A stretch of DNA of 37,346 nucleotides, from NCBI GenBank assembly GCA_944384555.1, contig CALWTV010000026.1, positions 1 through 37,346 on the forward strand, in the 5' to 3' direction. Source of the stretch: an uncultured Clostridia bacterium (GTDB taxonomy: Bacteria; Bacillota; Clostridia; Oscillospirales; CAG-272). The translations under genes and the position numbers were made by a program. Of this stretch, positions 9,682 through 18,601 are shown in pieces (positions within the stretch are counted from its first letter, which is position 1; each line of letters starts with the position of its first letter). The notes below the pieces were generated by a model. It saw only the letters and a list, made by a program, of their open reading frames with translations. It did no database searches and had not been told where the DNA came from.

Positions 9682-10668
9682 TCAGTTTACCCGAACGCGC
9701 GGGTCGGCGGCGGCATATAGAATATCCGCTATCAGCGTACCTATCAATGTTAAAAACGCCATAAACACCATATAAAACATTGTGAACGGAATATCTCCCG
9801 ATTTCATCGCTTCAAACGAAATATATCCTATCCCCGGTATCTGAAACAAGGTTTCCGTTATCATCGCTCCCGCAAAAAGACCGGGCAGGGTACCTCCGAG
9901 AATGGTTATTATCGGAATAAGTGTATTGCGGAATGCGTGCTTATTTATGACTCTGCGTTCCGAAACTCCTTTGGCACGCGCTGTTCTTATATAATCAGAG
10001 CTAAGCGCTTCAAGCATATTTGTACGAGTATAACGCATAAGACCGCCGATTCCAACAAGCGTAAGTGTAATCACGGGCAGTGTAAAATGCGCCGCGATAT
10101 CCCAAAATTGCCCCCAAGGCGAGAGCTGTTCAAAATCACGCCCCACTTTACCGAATAAGTCAAACCAACCGAGATGAATAGAGAATATCAGCTTTAACAA
10201 AGTAGCTATAAAAAATGACGGAAGTGAAATTCCGATTAAGGCAAACACCGTAACCGCATAATCTGTTTTTGAATATTGGCGCCGTGCCGAAAGTATGCCA
10301 AGCGGTATTGCGATTATTATCTGAAGAATATATGCCGCACCGCCTAAAATTACAGAATCCCATATAACTTCGCTGAATTTTTCAACTACGGGAACATTAT
10401 ATTTCCATGAATCGCCGAAATTGCCGCGTATCGCTGAGCCAAACCATTTGAAAAAGCCCTCCATTATACCAGTATTCATTCCAAATGATTCGTTTAACTG
10501 TTCAAGCCATTCAGTATAACTTTTTGAACCGGGCAGACTGGCACGTTCCCGCGCTATCGTTTCTATGAACGAAATCGGTATACAGCGCATTATGGTATAT
10601 ATAATCAGCGCAACGAAAAACAATATTACTATGCTGAACAGTACGCGCTTTATAATAAAATTACGCAA
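9682..10668 (-). CDS. Peptide ABC transporter permease (OppB/DppB type)
   Basis: 328 aa with about six hydrophobic segments, the conserved loop YIRTARAKGVSERRVINKHAFRNTLIPIIT, and a C-terminal ADILYAAADPRVR. Confidence 0.9.
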   Translation of the reverse strand: MRNFIIKRVLFSIVILFFVALIIYTIMRCIPISFIETIARERASLPGSKSYTEWLEQLNESFGMNTGIMEGFFKWFGSAIRGNFGDSWKYNVPVVEKFSEVIWDSVILGGAAYILQIIIAIPLGILSARRQYSKTDYAVTVFALIGISLPSFFIATLLKLIFSIHLGWFDLFGKVGRDFEQLSPWGQFWDIAAHFTLPVITLTLVGIGGLMRYTRTNMLEALSSDYIRTARAKGVSERRVINKHAFRNTLIPIITILGGTLPGLFAGAMITETLFQIPGIGYISFEAMKSGDIPFTMFYMVFMAFLTLIGTLIADILYAAADPRVRVN

Positions 10669-10683
10669 TCTTCATAAACTCGG

Positions 10684-10719
10684 AAAAAGGCTGTTTCATC
10701 TGTTAGAAAAAGCCTTTTC
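10684..10719 (-). terminator. Intra-operon hairpin after the binding-protein gene (possible partial terminator or mRNA stabiliser)
   Basis: AAAAGGCT pairs with AGCCTTTT (8 bp) around an 18-nt loop and is followed by T residues on the minus strand. It sits in the 81-nt gap between the binding-protein stop and the permease start. Confidence 0.35.
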
Positions 10720-10749
10720 CAATCCCCTTTCAAAAACTTTTTTACTTCA

Positions 10750-13056
10750 TTATTTGGTGCGCAGATTCTGTATATCGTTCATCCAGCCCCAAAACGTAGT
10801 TATATCGGGAGTTACCGTTGACATATCCACACGCTGAGTGGAAAAAATCAAACAGTTCTGACGCTGATATACCGGAATTTCAACTCCCCAGTCTAATATA
10901 ATATCAAGACATTCCTTGTATGCGATTTTTCTGTAAGACTGGTCATCGCTCTTTCTTGCGTCGATAATAAGTTTATCGAGTTCCGCATCGTTAATATGAT
11001 AGTGATTTGAATCTGAACCGCCGTTGCCTATTATATTTGAACTGTGATAAACCTGATATAAATCCGGGTCAATTGTCGCTCCCCATGCCGCAACCCATAA
11101 TTCCTGTGTCTGCGCGTCAAGTTTATCCCATAAAATGGTTGAATCTGTCGGGTCATTTATAGTAAGCGTAATTCCGATTGACTCAAGTGCTTCTCTCGCA
11201 AATGTGAGTATCGCAAAACAAGGGTGATTTCCCGCACCGCTTGCCGGTATTATTATCTCATACTCAAGTTTTGCGCCTTCCGGAGCTGCCGTAAATATTC
11301 CTTTTGCTTCATCAAAGGTATATCCTGCCGCTTTTAAGAATTCTATCGCCGCCTGCTTTGCCGCCGCATACTTTTCATCTGCGCTCATATCGGACTTATA
11401 AATAGCATTTCCATTTGTATCAACGGAATATGCTACTCGATAATCTTCATCGGTTTTTTGAGGAGCCGCCCATGATGTTGCGGAAATAGGGTAATTAATA
11501 ATCGATGCCGCTTCTCCGTAATAGGAATCTATCGCCTGGTCACGGTATACGGATATTATTGTCGCAAGTGCTTTTCTTAAATTTTTTGATTCTTCTGAAT
11601 CAGGATTTCCGCCTACATTTACCGTATCGGCATTTATTCCGATATATCCATAGCCTAAATTGTTGACAAGGGAAGTCATTATTGTGTTTCCGTCAAGCTC
11701 TTTTGTGTCGGTATTATAACTTCTTATTTCATCAAATGCCGCTTTTGAACCGCTCGGGTCGGTTATATCGATTACTCCCTGTGATATTCCCGAAATTTTA
11801 TCCGCGTCAAGTGTTTCCTTAAACTGAACATATTTGATTTGCGGCTCTCCTTTATAATAATACGGATTTGCTTCATAGTAGATTATCTTATTTTCATATT
11901 TTATAAATTTATAAGGTCCTGCTCCCATTGGTGACGAAGTATGCGATTTAACGCTTGAGAGATCTCCTCTGGTAAATCCGAATTTATTATTATCATAATC
12001 ATATTCTGCTTCATTACCGTAGTAATGCATAGGCGCAACGGCAATTCCGCAGATATTATAAATTGCGTTTGCTTCATATCCCCTTGTGGTAACTTCAACT
12101 TCCGTCTGACTTATCTTCTTTATTCCCGAAATATTCGGAACATTTTCACCCTCAGATGATTCAAGCTTGTCTTTTAAAATAATATCAGCGGCATATTCTT
12201 CCGCTTCTTTGGCAAAATGTTCTTCGCTTCCGGCATATTTAAGCCCTAGCATTTTATAATCCGCGCCGTACTGCTCAATTATATCTGCAACTATTTCTTC
12301 ATCTGTCTTGTTTTCATCGTCATATCCTTCATCGATATTGTACATGTCAATATAAAATGATTTGCCGTCAAAATAAGAATTTCCGCCAGCATCAGTATAA
12401 TCTTCATATGACTGCTGAGCAAAATCAAACGCGCTTTTTAATACAGGCTCAATTATTTTTTCTTTTATTTCTGCCTTTATTTCGTCAGTCGGATTTTCGA
12501 GCCCATCTTTTATTTCATCAGGGGAAACGTCTATAACCTCGGCAAGCGAATTGTTTAAACGGTAATTTTGCATACCTATAATCGGTGTTGAATACAATGT
12601 TGAGGATCCGTCATAAGAAGTATCTGCTAAAACATAATAAGTGAAAATTATATCGTCCACATCAAGTACCTCACCGTCACTGAACTTAACATCATCTCTT
12701 ATTTTTATATTATATACGGTCATATCGGTATTTTCGTCATAATTTACTGAAATATCGCTGATACCTGTATAAGTGTATTCCGTGCCATTATATACGTTTT
12801 TTTCGCCCTCTATGGAATTGTATATTATTCCACCGGTTCTGTCTGTTGTCATAAGCTGTATCTGAGTCATATTTACTGCGTCATTGTCATAGCCGGAATC
12901 CGCAAAAAATGGGCTGAATTTTCCCGAAAACTGCAAATATCCAACTACAAGCGGTTTTTCATTACTTTTTTTTGAATCCTGCGAGCAGCCGGTGAGATTA
13001 AGCGCACATATAGCCGCCGCAAGCAGTAAAACAACTGATTTTTTAAATAAACCCAT
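10750..13056 (-). CDS. ABC transporter substrate-binding lipoprotein, family 5 (peptide/nickel type), oversized
   Basis: 768 aa with a signal peptide and lipobox LNLTGCS. Family-5-like blocks include GPYKFIKYENKIIYYEANPYYYKG and GYGYIGINADTVN. It is the first gene of the importer operon and has an SD GAGG upstream. Confidence 0.85.
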   Translation of the reverse strand: MGLFKKSVVLLLAAAICALNLTGCSQDSKKSNEKPLVVGYLQFSGKFSPFFADSGYDNDAVNMTQIQLMTTDRTGGIIYNSIEGEKNVYNGTEYTYTGISDISVNYDENTDMTVYNIKIRDDVKFSDGEVLDVDDIIFTYYVLADTSYDGSSTLYSTPIIGMQNYRLNNSLAEVIDVSPDEIKDGLENPTDEIKAEIKEKIIEPVLKSAFDFAQQSYEDYTDAGGNSYFDGKSFYIDMYNIDEGYDDENKTDEEIVADIIEQYGADYKMLGLKYAGSEEHFAKEAEEYAADIILKDKLESSEGENVPNISGIKKISQTEVEVTTRGYEANAIYNICGIAVAPMHYYGNEAEYDYDNNKFGFTRGDLSSVKSHTSSPMGAGPYKFIKYENKIIYYEANPYYYKGEPQIKYVQFKETLDADKISGISQGVIDITDPSGSKAAFDEIRSYNTDTKELDGNTIMTSLVNNLGYGYIGINADTVNVGGNPDSEESKNLRKALATIISVYRDQAIDSYYGEAASIINYPISATSWAAPQKTDEDYRVAYSVDTNGNAIYKSDMSADEKYAAAKQAAIEFLKAAGYTFDEAKGIFTAAPEGAKLEYEIIIPASGAGNHPCFAILTFAREALESIGITLTINDPTDSTILWDKLDAQTQELWVAAWGATIDPDLYQVYHSSNIIGNGGSDSNHYHINDAELDKLIIDARKSDDQSYRKIAYKECLDIILDWGVEIPVYQRQNCLIFSTQRVDMSTVTPDITTFWGWMNDIQNLRTK

Positions 13057-13395
13057 TTTGTAAAAACCTCATTTTTTGATTTTATTCCTCGTTTGAAATA
13101 AGTATGTGCAAATTTATCCCTTGATATAAAAGGCAATATTTTCTTTGCGAATTTTTATAAAACACTTTGAACACACTGAATTATATACTTCTATAACTCG
13201 GTATAACTAAGTTAAATTTTATAAAAGTATAGTTAATTATCATTTTTCATGAATTTATCATTGACATGATGATGAATTTTACTTTTATATGATATAATCT
13301 TCTTAAGCTTAAAATTAAATAATTTTAAAAAGTTGATTTATTACAATATTATATTTATATAGTACTATAAAATATTAAAAATATTAAAATTAATA

Positions 13396-13424
13396 TTTAC
13401 TTCATATTAAAAATTGTGTATAAT
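13396..13424 (+). promoter_or_regulatory. Putative tnpA promoter
   Basis: TTTACT, a 17-nt spacer, then TATAAT (13419-13424). This lies 18 nt upstream of the tnpA ATG, which has the SD GAGGTG. Confidence 0.4.
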
Positions 13425-13441
13425 CGATATGAGGTGATGAT

Positions 13442-14035
13442 ATGAAATCAAAAGACGTGCTAAATTTACTCCGAATTACACGGCAAACTCTAACAAAATA
13501 CGTGAAAGAAGGAGTGATTAAGGTTGCAGTTTTGCCAAATGGCAGATACGATTATGATGCAGAAAGCGTTTACTCATTTCTAAACAAGGATATAAAGCGA
13601 AAAACATATATCTATGCAAGAGTATCTACTGCAAAGCAAAAACCAGACCTTGAAAACCAAATTGAAATGCTAAAACAATTCTGCTTTACAAACGGTTACA
13701 TCATATCCGGGATATTTTCTGACGTAGCAAGTGGAATAAGTTTTGAAAAACGAACCGATTTCTTCAAGCTTCTTGATGATGTGATTGGAAACAAGGTTGA
13801 ACGTGTTGTCATAACCTATAAGGATAGGCTTTCTCGTGTTGGTTTTGATTTGTTCTATCACCTATTTAAGAAATATAACTGTGAAATTGTAGTCATGAGT
13901 GAAGTTGGCTCAGAAAAGTTAGATAGTCAGGAGATTTTCGAGGAAATCGTCAGCTTACTGCACTGTTATTCTATGAAGTTATACAGTAAGAGAAAAGTCC
14001 AAAAAATCAAGGAGGTACTGTCAGAAGATGAGTGA
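13442..14035 (+). CDS. tnpA: IS607-family serine recombinase transposase (MerR-like HTH + resolvase catalytic domain)
   Basis: 197 aa with an N-terminal HTH (LLRITRQTLTKYVKEGVI). The catalytic block YARVSTAKQKPDLENQ and VVITYKDRLSRVGFDL are typical of small serine recombinases of IS607 elements. Confidence 0.9.
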   Translation: MKSKDVLNLLRITRQTLTKYVKEGVIKVAVLPNGRYDYDAESVYSFLNKDIKRKTYIYARVSTAKQKPDLENQIEMLKQFCFTNGYIISGIFSDVASGISFEKRTDFFKLLDDVIGNKVERVVITYKDRLSRVGFDLFYHLFKKYNCEIVVMSEVGSEKLDSQEIFEEIVSLLHCYSMKLYSKRKVQKIKEVLSEDE

Positions 14036-15257
14036 GACTGCTCAGAGAGTTGAGAAACACACAATAAAACCTTCAAATCCTCACTATGATATGCTGATGG
14101 ACTTCTGTCGTAAAGCCAAAAACCTATATAATCATGCAAACTATATCGTTCGTCAGGAGTTTACGACTAACAATAAGTGGATTCGCTATGCCGAACTTGA
14201 CAAAATCCTAAAAGCTGACACTGAATTCCCCGATTATGGTGCAATGCCTACAGCTCAGTCAGCACAGCAAATCTTACGGCTTATTGATAAAAACTGGAAA
14301 TCGTTCTTTTTATCTATCAAGGACTGGGCAAAAAATCCCGGAAAGTATCTCGGCAGACCTAAACTTCCGAAATACCTCAGGAAGGCCGGGAAGTATCTGA
14401 TGATTTTGACAAACCAGAACTGTAAGCTGAAGGACAACCTGATTTCATTTCCGAAATCATTCAAAGGGTTCACGGTCAAGCCAAAATTTATAGAAAAATC
14501 TAACTTTTCGGAGTTTAATCAAGTCAGAATTCTTCCGCACAGGAATAAATTAGTTTTGGAAGTAATCTACACAATACACCAGAAACCGCAAAAGCAGGAT
14601 AATGGACGGTATATCGGTATAGATATCGGCATAAATAACCTTATGACTGTCTGCAACAGCTATGGAAAGCCTGCGTTTATTGTAAACGGAAAGCCTGTTA
14701 AGTCGGTTAATCAGTTATACAACAAACAAATCAGTCATTACCGTGAAATATGTAAACGTATGAACAGCAAAGACTATTCAAAGCGTATGGATACGCTTAC
14801 AGAAAAGCGCAATGCAAGGATTGACGACTATCTCCACAAAGCAAGCCGTTATATAGTCGATTATTGCGTCAAACATGAAGTGAATCACATAGTAATAGGC
14901 AAGAACGACGAATGGAAGCAGGAATCAAAGCTTTCAAAACGCATGAATCAGCACTTTGTTCAAATTCCCTTTGCCAGACTCATTGAAATGATACAGTACA
15001 AAGCAGAAGAATATGGTATAGCAGTCGTTTTGACCGAAGAAAGCTATACAAGCGGTACAAGTTTCATTGACAATGAAGCACCTATGAAGGAAAACTACAA
15101 CAAGAAGCGCAGGACTCACAGAGGTTTGTTTTGCTCAAACGACGGTATACTGATAAACGCTGACCTAAACGGAGCTTATCAGATTTTGAAGAAAGTATTC
15201 CCAATGAAATGGGATAGTGGGTGCGCGTTACACCCTGCTGTAGTAAACTTAGGTTGA
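14028..15257 (+). CDS. tnpB: TnpB (IS605 OrfB family, RuvC-type RNA-guided endonuclease)
   Basis: 409 aa. It overlaps tnpA by 8 nt (ATGAGTGA). RuvC motifs are GIDIGINNLMT (D), VVLTEESYTSGTS (E) and INADLNGAYQILKK (D). The central HKASRYIVDYCVKHEVNHIVIG block is also present. Confidence 0.9.
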   Translation: MSETAQRVEKHTIKPSNPHYDMLMDFCRKAKNLYNHANYIVRQEFTTNNKWIRYAELDKILKADTEFPDYGAMPTAQSAQQILRLIDKNWKSFFLSIKDWAKNPGKYLGRPKLPKYLRKAGKYLMILTNQNCKLKDNLISFPKSFKGFTVKPKFIEKSNFSEFNQVRILPHRNKLVLEVIYTIHQKPQKQDNGRYIGIDIGINNLMTVCNSYGKPAFIVNGKPVKSVNQLYNKQISHYREICKRMNSKDYSKRMDTLTEKRNARIDDYLHKASRYIVDYCVKHEVNHIVIGKNDEWKQESKLSKRMNQHFVQIPFARLIEMIQYKAEEYGIAVVLTEESYTSGTSFIDNEAPMKENYNKKRRTHRGLFCSNDGILINADLNGAYQILKKVFPMKWDSGCALHPAVVNLG

Positions 15258-15361
15258 ACAGTAATGAACAAACTTTAATATTATTTTTTATCTTTTTGAA
15301 TATTGTTAATGTTTTTCTTAACGTTAAAAATCAAAGCTTTACAGAGCAGAAAGGAATAAAA

Positions 15362-16264
15362 ATGAATTACGCTGTAATAGATATAGGTTCAAATACAATA
15401 AGATTATCGGTTTATAAAGCCGAGGGAGAAAGTTTTATCCTGCTCTTTTCCGATAAAGCGAATGCCGGTCTTGCAGGATATATTAAAAAGAAAATAATGA
15501 CTAAGGAAGGAATTGACCGTGCCTGTATTGCTCTTGAAAAATTTAAAAAGCTTCTCAGTCAGTTTACCGTTGAGTCAGTTTCCGTAATCGCAACCGCCGC
15601 ACTGAGAAATGTTGACAACTCAAAAGAGGCAGTTAAAGAAATAAGCGACAGAACAGGATATTCAGTTGAGCTTATCAGCGGACACGAGGAAGCTCTTTTA
15701 GGCTATTACGGCGTTTTGTCGGAACAGCGAATAAACGAAGGATATATTATCGATATCGGCGGAGGAAGCGCTGAAATCACATATATTACAAAGGGTATGC
15801 CAAGTACCGCAGTCAGCCTGCCGGTAGGCTCACTCAACCTGTATTCAAAATTTGGAAAGGGTTTTCTGCCAAATGAAAAAGAATTCCGCAAAATGTCTGA
15901 ATTTGTGTCTGATACACTTAAAAATTACTGTATTGATGATTATCCGAAACTTCAAACCGCTGTTTGTGTAGGAGGAACTGCTCGTGCCGCACTCAGACTA
16001 ATAAATTCATAGTTTGAGCTTGATGAAAACAATCGGGATTTCTCAGACAAACATGTTTCAAAAATGCTTGACATATTGTCTTCTGACCGCAGTGTCGGAC
16101 GCCCGCTCGTACTCAGATGTTGCCCTGACCGCGTTCACACTATTACCCCCGGTATGATAATACTAAAAAAGATTATTAAAAAGCTGGAAATAAAAGAAAT
16201 TAAAACAAGCAATTACGGAGTACGGGAGGGATATTTATGCAAGTATCTGCTCAAGAATATTTAA
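15362..16264 (+). pseudogene. ppx: Ppx/GppA-family exopolyphosphatase interrupted by one in-frame TAG (16010-16012)
   Basis: The N-terminus MNYAVIDIGSNTIRLSVYK and the blocks DIGGGSAEI and CVGGTARA match the Ppx/GppA ASKHA fold. ORFs 15362..16012 and 16064..16264 are in the same frame, with only the TAG between them. The C-terminal part ends in the family-typical GVREGYL. The 3' end overlaps the ppk start. Confidence 0.7.
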
Positions 16265-18387
16265 ACACTAAAAATGACTATTCATATACACAAAACCGTG
16301 AAATAAGCTGGCTCAGGTTTAATGAGAGAGTTCTTGACGAAGCCGATGACAAAACCGTTCCTTTGTTAGAAAGACTCAAGTTCGCATCTATTTTTACAAG
16401 TAACCTTGATGAATTTTTTATGGTAAGAATAGGTAGCTTATATGACCTCGATTTAATCGCTCCCGATAATCAGGACAATAAAACCGGACAGACTCCGAAA
16501 CAGCAGCTCAATAAAGCTGTTGAAGCCGTAAAGCCATTGATTTTAAAACGTGACGCCGTATATGAAGATATAATGATTGAACTTGCTCAGTATGGCATAC
16601 GGGATTTAAAGTATGAAGAACTTTCAAAATCAGAACGTGAGTATGTAGATGAATATTACAGTGAATATATAAGCCCCATACTTTCCCCTCAGATAATAAA
16701 TTCGTTTCATCCGTTTCCTCATTTAAGAAATAAGGATCTCCATATAGCCGCTTTGCTTTCGGAAGGCAAAAAGGAATATTTTTTTGGTATAGTTACCGTA
16801 CCAAGTAATATAGAGCCGTTGTTGTTTTTGCCCGACTGCACCTGTAAATTTATCAGAATCGAAAATATAATTCTTGCAAAAGTTCAGCTTATATTTGACG
16901 TATACAAGGTTGTAAGTGCAAATATAATCTCAGTAACCAGAAATGCGGATATACCATTTGACCGAGAAAAGTTTGATGATGATGAGAATGATTATAAAAT
17001 TCATATGTCAAATCTTTTGAAAAAGCGTGCCAGACTTGCTCCGGTCAGGCTCGAAATTCAGGGAGAATGCGATAAAAGGCTTGAAGAAGTGTTTTGTACT
17101 AAACTTGGGCTTAATAATGATATGATTTTCAAATTTACATGTCCGATTTCACTTAAATATGCGTTTTCACTTGCAGGAAAACTTTCGGAAACTATGCGTA
17201 TAACTCTTACCTATCCGGCATTTAAACCTCATTTTCCGGAATGTATAAATAAAAATCAATCAATTATAAGTCAAATCCAAAAACATGACATTTTACTTTT
17301 TTATCCGTATGACCAAATAAGTCCTTTCGTTAAATTTCTTCAGGAAGCGTCTACAAATCCTGATGTAGTATCAATAAAAATTACACTCTATCGTATATCT
17401 GATGGTTCTCAAATAGCACATCAATTATGCGCAGCTGCGGAAAATGGCAAAGATGTAACTGTGCTTGTAGAGCTTAGAGCCAGATTTGACGAAGAAAATA
17501 ATATTCAATGGGCCGAGCGTCTTGAACAGGCAGGCTGTCGAATCATATATGGAGCCGAAGGATTCAAGTGTCATTCTAAAATATGCCTTGTAACTTTAAA
17601 TAAAAATCATAAAATATCATATATTACACAAATAGGTACCGGCAATTATAATGAAAAAACTGCGAGTATGTATACTGATTTATCGCTTATGACCTCAGAT
17701 AAGGAAATCGGATTAGACGCCGCAGAATTTTTCAGAAATATGCTTATAGGTAATTTATACGGCTCTTACAAAAAATTGCTTGTCGCTCCATCATCATTGA
17801 AAAGCGGAATTATGCGATTGATAGATGATGAAATATTAAAAGGACCTAAAGGCAGAATAGTCATAAAAGCAAATTCGCTTACTGAAAGAGATGTAATTGA
17901 CCGTTTGGCGATTGCTTCTCAAGCCGGGGTGAAAATAACGCTTATACTGCGCGGTATATGCTGTCTTGTTCCGGGAATACCCGGCAAAACGGACAATATT
18001 TCCGTAATAAGCATAGTAGGCAGGTTCTTGGAGCATTCAAGAATATACCGATTTGGAGAGGGTGAAAATGAAAAAATATTTATAGCCTCTGCCGATATGA
18101 TGACTAGAAATTTATCAAGGCGCGTTGAAATTGCATGTCCCATATTAAAACCTGAAATAAAAAAACAACTGTCAAGTATTCTTGAGATTATTTTAAAAGA
18201 CAATGTTAAAGCAAGAACTCTTATGACGGACGGAACATACTGTAAAATGGATTCAGACGGCAGTGAAAAAATAGACAGTCAGAAATGGTTTATGGAAAAC
18301 AGTATAAAATCTGAAAATAAACCAGATGAAGAAAAACATCTTATTTCCAACCTAAATAATTTTATCAGTGGTTTTTTTAAGAAATAA
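16237..18387 (+). CDS. ppk1: Polyphosphate kinase 1
   Basis: 716 aa. The N-terminus YTQNREISWLRFNERVLDEA, plus FTSNLDEFFMVRIG and the two PLD-like C-terminal domains (HSKICLV..., FLEHSRIY), are characteristic of PPK1. Confidence 0.95.
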   Translation: MQVSAQEYLNTKNDYSYTQNREISWLRFNERVLDEADDKTVPLLERLKFASIFTSNLDEFFMVRIGSLYDLDLIAPDNQDNKTGQTPKQQLNKAVEAVKPLILKRDAVYEDIMIELAQYGIRDLKYEELSKSEREYVDEYYSEYISPILSPQIINSFHPFPHLRNKDLHIAALLSEGKKEYFFGIVTVPSNIEPLLFLPDCTCKFIRIENIILAKVQLIFDVYKVVSANIISVTRNADIPFDREKFDDDENDYKIHMSNLLKKRARLAPVRLEIQGECDKRLEEVFCTKLGLNNDMIFKFTCPISLKYAFSLAGKLSETMRITLTYPAFKPHFPECINKNQSIISQIQKHDILLFYPYDQISPFVKFLQEASTNPDVVSIKITLYRISDGSQIAHQLCAAAENGKDVTVLVELRARFDEENNIQWAERLEQAGCRIIYGAEGFKCHSKICLVTLNKNHKISYITQIGTGNYNEKTASMYTDLSLMTSDKEIGLDAAEFFRNMLIGNLYGSYKKLLVAPSSLKSGIMRLIDDEILKGPKGRIVIKANSLTERDVIDRLAIASQAGVKITLILRGICCLVPGIPGKTDNISVISIVGRFLEHSRIYRFGEGENEKIFIASADMMTRNLSRRVEIACPILKPEIKKQLSSILEIILKDNVKARTLMTDGTYCKMDSDGSEKIDSQKWFMENSIKSENKPDEEKHLISNLNNFISGFFKK

Positions 18388-18392
18388 AATAA

Positions 18393-18461
18393 AAAAACAC
18401 CTCATTTAAGCCGTTAAAATCTAAATTTACGAGATTTTATCAGACAGATTGAGGTGTTTTT
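18393..18461 (+). terminator. Long-range stem with nested hairpin downstream of ppk1
   Basis: AAAAACACCTCA (18393-18404) pairs with TGAGGTGTTTTT (18450-18461). An inner AAAATCT/AGATTTT hairpin is enclosed, and the T-run is part of the 3' arm. Confidence 0.4.
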
Positions 18462-18470
18462 TAATGAAAA

Positions 18471-18495
18471 AAAGTAACTTATGAAAAGTTACTTT
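18471..18495. terminator. Bidirectional intrinsic terminator (ends tRNA-Glu on the minus strand and ppk1 on the plus strand)
   Basis: AAAGTAACT, loop TATGAA, then AGTTACTTT (9-bp stem). A-runs precede it and T-runs follow it, so both strands see a hairpin plus a U-tract. Confidence 0.55.
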
Positions 18496-18508
18496 TTATA
18501 AAAATATA

Positions 18509-18583
18509 TGGTGACCCGTGGGGGAATCGAACCCCCGTTTTCGCCGTGAGAGGGCGATGTCTTAGCCGCTTGACCAACAGGCC
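18509..18583 (-). tRNA. tRNA-Glu (anticodon CUC), CCA encoded
   Basis: The reverse complement reads GGCCTGTTGGTCAAGCGGCTAAGACATCGCCCTCTCACGGCGAAAACGGGGGTTCGATTCCCCCACGGGTCACCA (75 nt). It folds by eye into a cloverleaf: a 7-bp acceptor stem, anticodon stem TCGCC/GGCGA with loop CTCTCAC, and a T-arm GGGGG-TTCGATT-CCCCC. It closely resembles Bacillus-type tRNA-Glu. Confidence 0.9.
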
Positions 18584-18601
18584 ATCTTTTTATGCTTATA
18601 T

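Larger units (their letters stand above)
13300..15340 (+). mobile_element. IS607-family insertion sequence (tnpA serine recombinase + tnpB); ends approximate
   Basis: Two overlapping genes have the typical IS607 organisation. The body is more AT-rich than its neighbours, and AT-rich subterminal repeats precede tnpA. I found no terminal inverted repeats, as expected for this family. Both boundaries are estimates only. Confidence 0.7.

Noticed and set aside
12945-13136. 63-aa minus-strand ORF overlapping the start of the binding-protein gene
   Set aside because: It is in a different frame overlapping the signal-peptide region and promoter of the 768-aa gene, and it has no SD or recognisable features.
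13140-13441. AT-rich repetitive intergenic DNA, considered as a CRISPR array or leader
   Set aside because: There are no regularly spaced repeats of 24-40 nt with unique spacers. The short ATATTAAAA repeats and palindromes are better explained as promoter and IS-end sequence.
15221-15361. 47-codon N-terminal extension of the ppx ORF that overlaps the tnpB 3' end
   Set aside because: The extension has no SD and looks like translated AT-rich spacer (LILFFIFLNIVNVFLNV). The Ppx/GppA fold begins at MNYAVIDIGSN, which has its own AAAGGA SD.
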